Origin: Hydrolagus affinis
Taxonomy: Eukaryota
DNA: 64,000 nt
Assembly: GCA_012026655.1 (NCBI GenBank)
Contig: JAAILG010000090.1
Span: 62,001 to 126,000, forward strand
Reading direction: 5' to 3'
A program made the translations under genes and the position numbers. Under the pieces are notes generated by a model. That model ran no database searches. It was not told the DNA's origin and worked only from the letters and a program-made list of their open reading frames with translations. This document shows, one piece after another, positions 13,948-27,040 of the stretch (positions are counted from its first letter, which is position 1; every line of letters begins with the position of its first letter).

Positions 13948-14638
13948 GTAACAGTTTAAAATAAAATGAGAATAAATTATTAGAAGCAAAGATTTCACTT
14001 GTCTTTACCGTAGCTTGAGGAATTTGAAGTATGGAGCGAAAGTTAAATTAATGTATCTGATTGTTAAATCTCAAAGGGGAGGATAAGAATAAAGAAAAAT
14101 ATCCCTTGCTCTTAAATATACGGTCAATGCACTTTACAGTATATTCTGGAAACTGCTTTGAGATGTCTCAATGACACGAGAAGGAGCTATACCAAATGCA
14201 GGGATTTTTTAAAAACGCTTATGTCCTCCTTTTATTTCTGCTTTTGGGATCTTATTTTGTATTCGACATCAGGAAATAGCTCTACAGGGAATTTCATGGA
14301 TTAGCATCTGGGCCATTTATGGACGATAATCAGGAAGTGTCTCAGCTGGAAAAGTTTGTACCAGCTGAGTACACAGTATTATTTGGCCAGTATAGACATT
14401 ATTCCTGAAATCATTTGCTTTCACCTTTCCTTCAATCCCCCTTACATTACCACCCGCTTAATGTGTCCTTATCAACCATAGGTTATTTTAATGTTATTTC
14501 CACAACAGTGAGATTTCCTTTATTTTAACTTTTTGCCAGTACTAAATAGAACTGTGGAAGTGGATATACTGTGAACAGCAAAGTTATTCAAAGTGGACAT
14601 GTTTCGATGTGTATATCTGTTTTTTTGTCCTTCTTCAG

Positions 14639-17049
14639 ATAAAGTGAACGGTGATATTTCTTCAAAAGAAAGCATTGAGGAAAACTCTGTCCACCCTGAG
14701 CCGATAACACGAGTTGTGAAACGCAAAAAGGGTTGGCCAAAGGGAGTGAAGCGTGGTCCGGCTAAATGGAGACGCAAAGCCGAGAATAAAACTGGGTTTA
14801 AACTCAACTTGTACACTCCACCAGAGACTCCGCTAGAGCCCGACCAACTAGTTACAATGGAAGAGAGCCATATTGTGATTGAGAAAAACACTGATTCAGC
14901 CCCTGTGATAACCGAGGAAGAAGAACTCGAAGAAGAACCAGAATCTCCAGAAAAGCCTGTCTGCAAATCGAGTGAAGACAAGGAGTGTCTGGAAGAGACA
15001 ACCGAAAAGGGGAACGGTGAAGTGAATAAAGAAGAAGCTGAAAATCTCGCAGGTGAGCGTGAGGAGGAGGAGGAAGAGGAGGAGCCAAACCAAAATGAGG
15101 ATCATGATGCAGACGATGAGGATGATAGCCACATGGCATCTACTGAAGTGGCGAAGGAAAATCCAGAGGAATTCAAGGAAGATTCCCAAAGTCAAGAAAC
15201 CTTTTTGGGGTTAAATGTTCCCAACAACACGACAGAGCATAAAGATGAAATGGATACTCAAAATGACCATGTGCCAGACTCTGATGAAGATCAAATAAAC
15301 GATCAAAGTGGGAATTCAGAGCACGTACTGGACTCTGATGAAGATCACACGGACAGCCGGGATCCAAAAGACAGTGGCCAACAGTCCCCAGAGTTCAGAG
15401 CGGAGAACATTGTAACTGCAGAACTTGATACAGAGACAGTGCAGGCTGTTCAGTCGTTAACACAAGAAAATAATGAGCAGGAAAGCAATGAACATGAAAG
15501 TACCTACCAGGACTGTGCAGAGACACTGGAAGCATGCAGAAACCTGCAAAATTATACTCACACAGAGCAGAGTCCACAAATGACTACAGTGGATGACTGT
15601 CATCCGTCAGATCATAGCAGTCCCATTTCATCAGTTCATTCCCATCCTAGCCAATCTGTTCGCTCTGTCAACAGCCCCAGTGTGTCTGCTCTGGAGAGCA
15701 GTTATGCTCAGATAAGTCCTGACCAGACTGGCATTTCTGCACCATCTTTACAAAACATCGAAACTAGCCCAATGATGGATGTTCCTTCAGTTTCAGACCA
15801 TTCGCAACAGGTTGTGGACAGTGGTTTTAGTGACTTGGGCAGCATTGAGAGCACAACTGAAAACTATGAGAATCCAAGCAGCTATGATTCTACAATGGGT
15901 AGTAGTATTTGTGGAAATAATTCAGTGCAGAACAGTTGCTCTTACAGTAACATATCTTCTAATAGCCTTACTCAGAGTAGCTGTGCCATGACTCAGCAGA
16001 TGACAAACATTAATGGTAGTTGTAGCATGATGCAGCAAAACAGCATCAACTCTCCACCAAACTGCAGTGTTAAATCTCCTCAGAATTGTGTGATCGAAAG
16101 ACCTCCCAGCAACAATCAGCAGCAACTCTCACAGTGCAGCATGTCCACCAGTTTCACACCAGCAATACAAATGACAGACATTTCAGAAACTGGGAACTCA
16201 GCGATCAGCATCTATGAACGGATGGGCCAGGGTGACTTTGGAACCGGGGGCTACCATCAACCATCTGCCAATTTCAGCCTCGCCAAACTGCAGCAGTTAA
16301 CCAATACAATCATGGATCATCCATTGCCTTACAATCACTCAGCTGCTGTTACTTCCTATGCAACTAGTGTCTCCCTATCCTCCCCGCATACAGGCCTTGT
16401 CCAGCTTTCACAGTCTCCTCATTCCTTAGCCGGGGGACCTCAAGCACAACCTACAATGACTCCTCCACCTAATCTAACACCTCCACCAATGAATCTGGCA
16501 GCACCACATCTTCAGCGCAGTATGGCAGCCCCCAATATTGGGATACCTCATACCCAAAGATTGCCCACACAGATGGCAGCTAAAGGCCATGTTGCAATAC
16601 GCTCCAAGTCGGTGCCCTTACCACCCGCTGCTGCTGCTCACCAGCAGCAGATCTACAGCCGTGCCTCACCAGCGGTGGCCATGCAGTCAGCTCCCCGACC
16701 TCTGGCCATGCAGCGTGGCATGAACATGGGAGTTAACCTAATGCCAGCACCAACTTACAATGTCAACTCAATGAACATGAATATGAATACACTGAATGCT
16801 ATGAATGGGTACAGGATGACTCAATCCATGATGAACAGTGGCTACCATGGAAATCCTGCTTACATGAATCAAACTGCTCAGTATCCCATGCAAATGCAAA
16901 TGAGCATGATGGGAACTCAGCCATACAGCCAGCAACCGATGCAGACCACCCCACACAGTAACATGATGTACACACCGCCAGCTCACCACAGTTACATGAA
17001 CACTGGCATGCCTAAGCAGTCTTTGAATGGCTCCTATATGAGAAGGTAA
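14639..17049 (+). CDS. KAT6B: KAT6B last coding exon (acidic region plus Ser/Met-rich activation domain)
   Basis: ttcttcag acceptor (G+AT=Asp). Long ORF with [67 protein letters not shown], ending [10 protein letters not shown]-stop, the typical KAT6A/B C-terminus. Confidence 0.96.
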
Positions 17050-18355
17050 TTTTTTGTTGGGCATATGAGGTACTGAAAGGAAATCCTGCCTGGCTGAGTG
17101 CAAGAAATCCATTTCTGGGTTTGTTTGGCTGAATTGTTAATGGGAAAATAATTTTAAAGTAATTATTAATGGCACTTTGCATTCAATCTGTTGACAGTAG
17201 GAAGCCTTATTTATTTTTTTTAAAACTCAACATTCGATGAGGTTGTTACCTTTGTGGTACAACTGTACCTTTCCTTTCTGTGCTTGGCTTGAACAGAGTA
17301 TAGAAATAAAGAAATATGGAGATTGAGGCCTGCAAAATTCAATAAGAATGTTGACTGCATTTATACGCAGTAACAGCCATGCAAAGGAAATTTTAAATGT
17401 GCCTAATTGCCCATAGAAAGGATTTTGAAGGTTATAAAATAGTGAAGCGAAAAGCTCAAATGGTGGACAGCTTTAACTGACTTGTGGCTGAAACTCGGAT
17501 GCTTTCGTACTTTGGACTTCTGTTATTATACAAGTGTATTGGATTTTGTTGAGCTGATGCCTAATTCAGCATGCAGCAGAACATCATTGGAATTTGTTTG
17601 TGACAGTGTGTCCTTTAGTAAAACAAAAATGTGTTGTGTTTAACAGCAAGCCATTTCTTATGTTTTGCCTTTATTAGGTTTTACTAGCTTTGAAGTCAAA
17701 TGAAAACTATATTTTTGTTAATTCTGAGATTGTAAAAATTGTAAAAGCTAGACCTTGAGTTCATTTGGCAATTTTGAAGGGGTTACTTGCAAAATGTTAA
17801 GTGTAAAATTTAAATATTTCTTTTTTGTAATCTTTCTTTCCTTCAGTGAGGCAGCTTTATAAATGCAAAGTATTCAGTTTGACAAATGAAGGCACAAATT
17901 TGGTTTAACAGCATATCTGAATATTTGTACCTGTCAGTTTCATTTAAAGCATAGCTTTCTCTCAAAGTTCAGTAGCAGCTGAACATGCTGTCTTATATGT
18001 CCAGAGTTATGTTGGCCCAATGATAAACCACCTTGAACTATTCATTGGCATTCCATCGGTAGATTTTTCTATCTTTAGAGAATATCGAAGTTATATTTTA
18101 ACAAAAGCTTAGAACTGTAGTGTGTGAATAGACCAACATAAGCTTACAAAACGCATGTAAAAAGCAAAGGTATTTGTGTCTGTTTATATTTCTTCCTTTT
18201 TGTATCCTTTGTACTTGTACATGGTGACTGTAAGGACTGAGAGGAAAAAGCTGGATACATGTATAAAATAGGACGCAAACAAGTGAGATGCACTTGTATT
18301 TATCAGTTATCTTTCTAGTCAGTCACCTCAAAGGACGCTGTACATTTTAACATGG

Positions 18356-18361
18356 AATAAA
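18356..18361 (+). terminator. Probable KAT6B polyadenylation signal (3' UTR about 1.3 kb)
   Basis: AATAAA with upstream TGTA motifs and a downstream U/GU-rich stretch (tttcttgtg). Confidence 0.55.
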
Positions 18362-19019
18362 TTATGTTGAGCCATTTACAGATTTCTTGTGCTCTGAAAT
18401 TTTTCAAGTTCTTGGTAAAGGATATAGAAATATCAACATATATGTATTAAAAATATTGATGTGCAATAACAACCTCGAAGGGAAAAAAACCCCAAAGAAT
18501 ACACTTAAATGAGTGTGTTGCTACTTTCTTAATATATCCGACATTTATCAGAGAATTAGGTCTAAATTTCATGTCGACATTTCCTCTTTACGAAATACCT
18601 GTGTACCCATTGTCAAACCTGTTCCACAGGTGTAAACTGTGGAACTATTGAAAAGATGCATGTCCCTTTAAAAGCCATGTTAGACCTATAAAGACACTTA
18701 TGCCAATATATATATTTTTTGCTGTCAGCAAAATATTCTTGTAATATTCCTGTTCCAGGTTTGTATTTGCTTTAACCTGGGGTCTTAAGTGTTTTTCCAA
18801 CAACAGTACAGTATTACATTATATTTTTAAGCAAACCATTATATTTTTAAGCTTGCCCATTCATCTCTGCATACTATTGGATAATTAAGCTATACATTAT
18901 CTATATTGATGTTGTAGAGCTGCATATAAGTAAAATTAATCATTCACCATAGCTGTTTGTGAGACATTGCTGTGTGCCAATTTGTTGCCAAGTTCACCTA
19001 AAAACACAGAATACACTTT

Positions 19020-19390
19020 CGAAGAGGTAAGATTCGAGATGGAATTTAAAGACAGGGAGGGGGTGAGACACTGTGGTAGAGGGAGGATGTTCCGGGGGTT
19101 AGTGTATGGGAATTGAAGGCTTGTCCATCGATAGTGACGCAGAGACACTGGGGAACTGCAGCAACTTTGAGTTAACTCAGTAACAGGGGCAAGCAGAGGA
19201 GTGCGGTAGAAGATTGGAGAGATAAGGAGGTGCTAGGAGTGGATGGACTTGTACATGTGGTTCAGAACCTTGAAGCTGATTCACTGGCAACCCATGGAGT
19301 CTGGCAAGGACTGGGGTGATGGATGTGCGGAGTTTGGTGCAGGTGAGTATGTGAGGGGTGTTTTTTGTGAGACTAATGAGGAGGGCATGG
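19020..19390 (-). mobile_element. L2-clade LINE 3' fragment
   Basis: ITPVLARLHGLPV...LAPPYLSNLL, the L2 ORF2 C-terminal motif. Confidence 0.7.
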
Positions 19391-22300
19391 GAAAAGTCAT
19401 GCCCTCTTTTAACGTCCTGCAGCAGCATTGAGTCTAAGAGATTGATTACCTTATGTCTTTGAAATCCAATTATTCTCTTTGTTTGCTAACCATAGCAGTT
19501 TTCTCAAGGCTGCAAAAGGCTTTCCAGCTAGCGTACTGTAAACTGCTGCCCTATTAGTTTAGAAAGCAAAATGTTTCAGAGAGCCAAGTCCATCTGGAGG
19601 CAAACCACAGGCACATTTATTGAGCCTTCTTTTGGCAATATTCTTCCTCAAAACTAGGCTTCATCTACAGGCATCTCTCTTGCTCCAATGCAAGATTACC
19701 TGCCTGTTCCAGGATGTGAATAAATTATGATTCTGAGGCTTGTGAGATTAATTGCATAACTCAGTGACAGATGGAAATGGCTCCCTTTTATCATTTCACA
19801 GCAGGAAAGATGATGTAAAAATGAATAGTGTGCCAAATGGTAATTACTTGTTTGCAATGATCTCGCTGACAACCCTTTTCTATTATTCTATGAAAGAAAC
19901 ACTATTTTTAGATCTCCTATTGGGTGGATAAATCCTACATGCCTGCAAAACTAAGCTGCAAAGATGTAAGTGAAAGATGGGCTTAGATTGCTGAATATTC
20001 ACACATATAATATTGCATTTAAATTCTAATCGAAATAATCCTTACATATGACCACAGCACCATTCACATTGGGAAGATAACACAATGCACTTCACAGCAT
20101 TTACTATATAGTGTAATGACTATATTTTGTCGGCAAATACCCAATCAGAGCCTAACAGAACTTAGGAATAGCCTATTGTATAATGTACCTCTACCAGGAC
20201 AGGTACATTTTATAATCAGGTAATCTGTGGACCACTAATTGCAATGGAAAGCCACAATTTCCATATTTTTAAAGATGCGGGAACACCCAGAATAATAGAT
20301 ACCTGTTAATTTCCATCTTCCAAATTGTGAGTATACTTTTCATCGTAGCCAAACAGGAAGAGAAGGTAAGTAAGTAATCCTTAAGTTTATATTGTGCTTT
20401 CCACGTCTTATCAATGTCCCAAAGCGCTTCACAGAGTTTGAGGAAGGAAAGTAGGAAAATTACTGTATATTTGTGGGCGAACAAGGTAACAAGTATTTGC
20501 ACCAGAGAACATGCTCTATAATATTTGAATTTGGTTTAGCACCTTATCAACTTCACACACTTTGGTGTGTGATAACTGTTGCACAGACAAACCTGGTAGG
20601 TGGTTGTGTTACCCCCCCACCCCCAAAAACAACAATGTATTGTGTACCACAGAACTGCCCACCAGGAGCTTGACCTCATTACTGATCTCCGTGGTGACAT
20701 GGAAAAAACGTGGAAACGCTGTGCAGTTCCTGGGAGCCCGAACATCCAATAATAAACAAGGCTTCATGCTGCCCCTCGAGGACATCCATTTACAGGGATG
20801 CTAGAGGGGCTGTTCAACGTCCTGAATCGAGCCTACCTTACTATGCAAGGTGCTACCTGTACTCAAATGATGAATGTTAACAGAAGTGAAAACAAAAGTT
20901 ACACTACTGAGTAGGAACAAAGCACTCGGACTCGTTATCTAACTCCATTTGTTGGTAAGTTGTATCAACATAGGTGGAATTACTTTAGGAACTCAAGTAA
21001 GCCCATCAACCATTCATGCTTGCATGCCACATGGTCTCCTTAATATAAGAATTAACTATAAAGGTCTTACAGCAAATGAATGGAATCTGGCCATAGAATA
21101 ATGGATACCTGTTCATTTCCATGGTCCCAATTGCAAGTATACTTTCCATCATAGCCAAACAAGAGAAGGTAAAAAGTGCAGAGTAAACATATTGTCAACC
21201 AATTCCATTATCATGCAACCATCTATCAAACTGGCATCCATGTTCACCAATTCCAAATTAGAGGAGGGTGAAAGGGAAGAAGACAAAAAAAATATATGAT
21301 GCCTGAAATCAAGTTTTAGCCTCAAGCCTATTATGTTAACATTTAAATAAGTGCAGAATTCTGGAAATAGTTAAATTCAGTTCTAATTTGGAAGGGTCTT
21401 TACTGCAGGAAGGTACTACAGAAAACAGGCTTCCAAATTAGAACAAGATTTAAGAATGTTCTAAAATTGTGTAAATGCTTAAAACGTTTAAGACCATGAT
21501 TTTACATGATGGATTTCTGGTCTATAGTTTATTTCTGTAATTTTAATTGACATATCTAATTCTACACATTTTGTTTCTCTTTGACTTTCTTTAAGGCTCT
21601 GTACAAATGCAATTTTGCTGTTGTTTAATCCGAGCAATTCCCACCAGTCATTCTTGCCAATACCTATGTGGTGTCTCTCTGATCATCAATGATGCATCTG
21701 AACAGGCTGCCATCCCATTGCTGTGAGAAGCATGTGCAATTCAGGACTTGAAAAGAAATCAATAACAAGAAGACATTAACTCAAATGGTCATTAAAAGAG
21801 TTAAGGGTGAAGCTAGAAGATGCTTTTCCGCACAGAGGGTTAATATAGGTTGGAATGGTTTCTGCAAGTGGCTGACCATGGTAAGAATGAATGGGAATTG
21901 GAAAATTTGTAGCAGAGGAATATAAAAAGCTTTTGGGGGAAAAACAGGAAACCTGAAGTGGTGAACTAACAATAGCTTAGGTTTATGGGCCAAATAGTTG
22001 CCTCCTATACTTTAAAATTAGAAATCCAACTTCGGTGTGAAAACATCAAGTTGCGCGAGTGCAAAACCGCAATCTGAGTACAATTCTTGTTACGTGCTGG
22101 AAAACATACAAGGAATCAGTACATATTCATGCAGATGCAATGAGGATTGTAGTTGTGGGTGGCTGAACATAAGTGAGATTTCTTTTCACACATGGTTGGC
22201 CAATTCCATTTTCCCTGCAGTCACAGTAAAATTATTGTTTGTGAACAAAACGGACACTGCGTCTGTGAGCGGGTTGCTCACTTAATTTTTTTTGAGTGCT

Positions 22301-24013
22301 ATTGAATGGGCTTTTAAAGACTGGAAGTGCTGGAACACCATTGAAATTCAAAGGAAATGACTGTGTGATAGTCATATTTTGATGAGCATCAACTGATCAA
22401 AACTATCCATACTTAGCCAGAGTTTAACATAATCAGGTTTATGTGTTACAGAATTGAAATGAATTCTTTCAAGCGTGTTTTACTGGTACTGTTTCAGGTA
22501 CTCATTGTAACTAGGTAGAATTTGGGGTATTTCTCATTCGCTGGTGTGCTGATTTGCAATGTACTGTCACAATCCTAAGAGCCTGAACAGCTTTTCTTCT
22601 TTGTATATTTATTCATGTTCATGCTAAGAGAGCTATGCGTGGATCTGGTTTGTTTGTGTAGATTCCATCCATTTGTTAAATGTCTCAAAAGAAATTTTAA
22701 TCTTGAGTTCAGTGGAATTATTCGACAAATATGTCACGGTAAACAACAACAACAGTGTTTCGGACCTGAGCTGGGATTGGGGAGGGTGTAGGGAAGGGAG
22801 GGCAAGTGGGGGTAACCAATGACAACCAATGAAGAAGAGGGTCTTGAGGTGCAACGTTTAGGTGGCTAGGGAGACGGCAATACGGAGGGATTGCAGAAAG
22901 GAATTAATCTCAAAAGAATGCATTGAGATTTAAACTGTTTAGCTAAGAAGAAGAACAAACAGAACCACGTGTTACAGGAAAACCAAGTTGCTTTTATTTT
23001 TTATGTGTTTCCTGAGGGTCATTACAAAATGCTTTTGCTCGCTTAAGAAACAAGAAAGCCTGACGTGAACAGTGGGTCATAGACAAAAGAATACTTTGTA
23101 ATATTTGGACGCTTAAACAATCCAAATCAGCCTTTAACAGTCCTCAATAATAATATTGAACCTTTGGAGACATGCCTGCATGATACACTGCAGCAGTATG
23201 TGAAATTTTGTTGCAGCTGGAGTCAGTTATCAGGGAATCCAAAGTGCTTTTTAAAAAACCCTCAGAGCCCTTGATATGCAGTAAATAACAAGCTGTGGAG
23301 ACTGAGATCGTGCACTCCTAATGCCAGAGTGTCACAGACTGTTATTGGAATCATGTATCTCTTAACAGGTTAATACCATTATTCTGTGTTACATTGTAAT
23401 ATGTCTTATGGTTTGGGGCTGTATGCTACACATTACCAACACTTAAAACATTTTTAGTAATATTATAAGGTCTAAAATGTTATAATGTACTTGCATACAC
23501 CTTCCCACCTGGTTAAATATATTACAAAGCTTTCTTTGTCTGTCTATACCACATTGGATTACTGTTTGGAGACAATGTACTCAAAGACAATAAGACATTT
23601 TATGTGAAAAAATGTTTTGCATTTTGATAGCAATTGCTGAAAAAGATTTGGAATTTCAAAGCACAAATTATATGTTAATTTGTATTAAAAGATGTTTGAA
23701 GCATCAACTTCATCTCAATGCCCAACAGCATACCAGCAGCCAACAGATAGGCAAAGTAAGAATAAATATGTGCATTGAAATAACTGGAGTCATTTCAGGA
23801 CACTTTGAAATTCTGATTTCATAATTTTAGGTCTAATTTGGCTGCTGCTCTTTAGTCACTGCAAAACATTTGTCTGAATAGCTATTTTGTCCTTGTAAAA
23901 CAAAATCTGTGTATAGAGTCAGGAATAAACTTAATTAAATCGAAACATTTTAAATTTGACATTTTAAATTGAATTAATCAATACAAAAAGAGTCCTACTG
24001 CGTCTGCGGATTG

Positions 24014-24258
24014 TTAGTGTGCTTCTTTTTCTTCACCATTGTTTTGGATCCCATTCCTTCCATTGCTTTTTTCTATTGCCAGTTGTATATCAAGGGCTCT
24101 CAGTTGTTTTAGGAAGCCACGGTTTGGTAAAATACATCTCCGTTGAATTACTTCTTGAATTGCATCTACCACTGTCATATTCTTATATATCATCAGGTAA
24201 GCCAGAACAAGTGTGGCTGACCTGCTTCGACCCATAGCACAATGCACCAAAAGTTTAC
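24014..24258 (-). CDS. DUSP29: DUSP29 last coding exon with catalytic HCAMGRSRS
   Basis: tttctag acceptor; [22 protein letters not shown]...[13 protein letters not shown]. Spliced CDS is 645 nt = 214 aa. Confidence 0.95.
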
Positions 24259-25701
24259 CTAGAAACAAATAGAATGAATTAGTTCTGGAACAAATTATAT
24301 ACAGTATATATTTTTAAAATCTTTCATGGCTATTGCAAATTTACAAGAAAGATGCACACAGAATACAGGCATTGGACTATGATCCACCCTAGAAGTGTCA
24401 CACCTACCAGCTGAACAGTCAGAGCTCAGGTTATCGCCAATCAACAGGGAGAGAATTGTGGAGCAAACCAAATGCTGTATGTAACATGAAATATCAAGGC
24501 TCAGTGATTTCAATGCAACTTTGTTTCTGGATTTTATTTAAAATAATAATCCCTGCTTCTTTCAGGTCCAAGTTCAGTTATGATCTTTAGTTATCTTTCA
24601 GTGCCTTGGGATGTCCTCCCGATGTGAAAGGCGTTATACAAATGTAATTTTATTGCTGTTGTTGTATGGGTTTTTTAAAGGGCATTCCCAACTTTGTAAC
24701 CTTCACACGGTACATTTATATGGTCCTTGGATTAAACAAGTTTCAGGCTCAAGCGTGATGTCCTTACTTCTCCCCCTCCCCTCCACCAGTCAAATAGCTT
24801 GATGATCCTCATTGCTTAAGCTCCCACATGATGAATAGCCACTTGGGTGGAGCTGTTATTTGATGCCTTTAGAACTGTATCACAGCTTGAGACATGGCAA
24901 AGAAGTATATTTGCAGAAATTATATTCTAAGACCAACATAGTATCTAACATATCCATTATGCTGCCTTCAAACAAGGGTTATTTTGGGGGTTTAATACAT
25001 TGAGATTGATAAGTTACCACTGTAACATAGAACCTCTAATGACTTCTGAGACGTCTTTCACCAGATAATGGCTCAGTGCTGACTGGTTTGCTGCTACTAT
25101 TAATAAGAAAGCTATGTTCCTTCTGCTCTTTAGTCACCTGAATGGACATAATATTTTCCAGTGAGTTGTCAGCAAGACTTGCCTCTAGGGTGGTATCATT
25201 TGAAAGCTGATATATAATAGTTATCATTTATATATTGACATAACTGATTCCATGATTCATAGTAGCGTAGTATTACACTAATCAGGGCTTTTAAGGTTTG
25301 TGTCATGACGTAAGTGGCTACTTGAGAATATTGTGTTTTCACAGGACAGATTCTGGTGAGTATTTTCTGCGCTCAAACTATGAGCTTCTCAATGATGTGT
25401 CAATGTGGGGATTTCCTCGGATTATCCAACTCTTTCTCTCGCTGTACTTGATCTCAGTTTCGGAGATATTTGGCTGCCATGTAGTGACCGTGCATTTGTA
25501 GACAAACGTGACAGCCAGTGTCCCACAAGAAAACCAATATATATATTGTATGTACAAAAAATTGTAATTATTCATATTTTGGGGCCAGAATAGGGAGAAG
25601 AACTGAACACCAGTTCAGACAATAGATTTACGTTACTTAGATACAAATACATTACCAGTGAGAGATTAGTCCCATAGTTGAATGTGCCAAACATCACTTA
25701 C

Positions 25702-25922
25702 ATCCTTCTGTGCTGAGAGCTTTATCAATGTATGCAGCAGCTGGATAAAAGAATACACTCAGATTAAACTGGGGCAGGTCTTCAGCCTCAACTCCATAAT
25801 AATCGATAGGCATCTCACTGTAATATTCAGCTCCTGTGTCCACATTCCAGCGACCATGGGCTGCATTTAATATGTGAGTGTAACCAGTCTTTTCAATCAT
25901 ATACCGGTCCAATGCTGTGGCT
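25702..25922 (-). CDS. DUSP29: DUSP29 second coding exon (general-acid Asp loop)
   Basis: ctcacag acceptor, T|gtaagt donor, 221 bp; [34 protein letters not shown]...[20 protein letters not shown]. Confidence 0.95.
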
Positions 25923-26159
25923 CTGTGAGACATAGACAGAGCATATCTTAATGGAGCTTCACCCAATCAAGGTACATGTACTTAATGGAAGAAAGTGTTA
26001 AAACAAAATTATTTCCTCTCCCCTAACCCTTCATCTTTCAGGAATAGTTGGTTATCTTGGTAAGGATTTGCTTAGGTAATCTGATCCTACAATCCTGTGA
26101 ATGTTGTTCTATAATTGGTCATTAGAAGATATGCCAGAGTGGCTCTAATACAATAATCA

Positions 26160-26410
26160 TCTCACATTTGATTTGGTGCCTTATCACAGTATCAGGATGT
26201 CTCAAAGTACTTCACAGGGTATACTGTGAGTGGATTAAAGTGTGTATTTTTGGCAATGTGCCAACATACAGCCAATTTTATTTGGGGGAATTTGTTGGTT
26301 AGGACAAATTCCCTTCTCTTTTTAAATCTTCAATGGAATATTCAACATTAGGCTGAACAGTCAGATGGGACTCGATTTAACATCTCATCTGAAGGACAGC
26401 ACCTCCTGAC
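26160..26410 (-). mobile_element. Old DeuSINE copy
   Basis: Reverse complement of Deu core (tttaacatctcatctgaaggacagcacctcc) and tail. Confidence 0.55.
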
Positions 26411-26608
26411 ACACCCAGCAGTAATAGTCATCACAAAATACAATAAGATTAACGTCTCACCTCCCTGTGAAGAGATACCATTACTTTTTGTATCTCCCCG
26501 GCTACAATGAGGAAACCCACATATGTTTTGTAAATGCATTGCTTTATGGAAATAAGGAAACAGGATTGAAACGTGATGTGTTGATCATCACCTTTGACAA
26601 TTTAACAC

Positions 26609-27040
26609 GTGGAGCTCCTGTGGCTTAGTGGTTAGAGCACTTGTCTTGCAAGCTGGGGAGACCAAGCTGGGGAGACCTGTGTTCGAATCCAGGCAGGTCA
26701 GGGCGAAACCTTGGGCAAGTTTCCTTACTCCACATGCCTAATAATAATCCCTCCAAAAAAAACACAATAATNNNNNNNNNNNNNNNNNNNNNNNNNNNNN
26801 NNNNNNNNNNNNNNNNNNNNNNNNNNNNNNNNNNNNNNNNNNNNNNNNNNNNNNNNNNNNNNNNNNNNNNNTCCACGACTGTGTGTGGGACACTGCTGTG
26901 CGCAATTGGCTGCCGCAATTCGCCCACAAATATATACAGTCAATTCACTTTACGGTATATTCTGTGAAGCGCTTTGGGACGTTGATAAGATGTGGAAAGC
27001 GCTATATCAAATGCAAGGATTATTATTATTATTATTATTA
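26609..27040 (+). mobile_element. Young tRNA-derived SINE, full length, interrupted by N-gap
   Basis: A box tggcttagtgg, B box gttcgaatcc, Deu-like 3' body, aaagcgctatatcaaatgcaagg(att)n tail. Confidence 0.85.
26772..26871. other. Assembly gap (100 N)
   Basis: Run of N. Confidence 0.99.

Noticed and set aside
14593-14638. 5' extension of the 818-aa ORF as a standalone gene start
   Set aside because: It is the polypyrimidine tract and acceptor of the last exon.
14520-17112. Antisense and alternative-frame ORFs over the KAT6B last exon
   Set aside because: Shadows of a long low-complexity coding exon, with no independent signals.
19902-19911. Perfect MEF2 site CTATTTTTAG
   Set aside because: A few such 10-mers are expected by chance in 64 kb of AT-rich DNA, with no supporting cluster.
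26611-26695. tRNA gene
   Set aside because: The A/B boxes belong to a SINE head continuous with the SINE body and tail; no intact cloverleaf.
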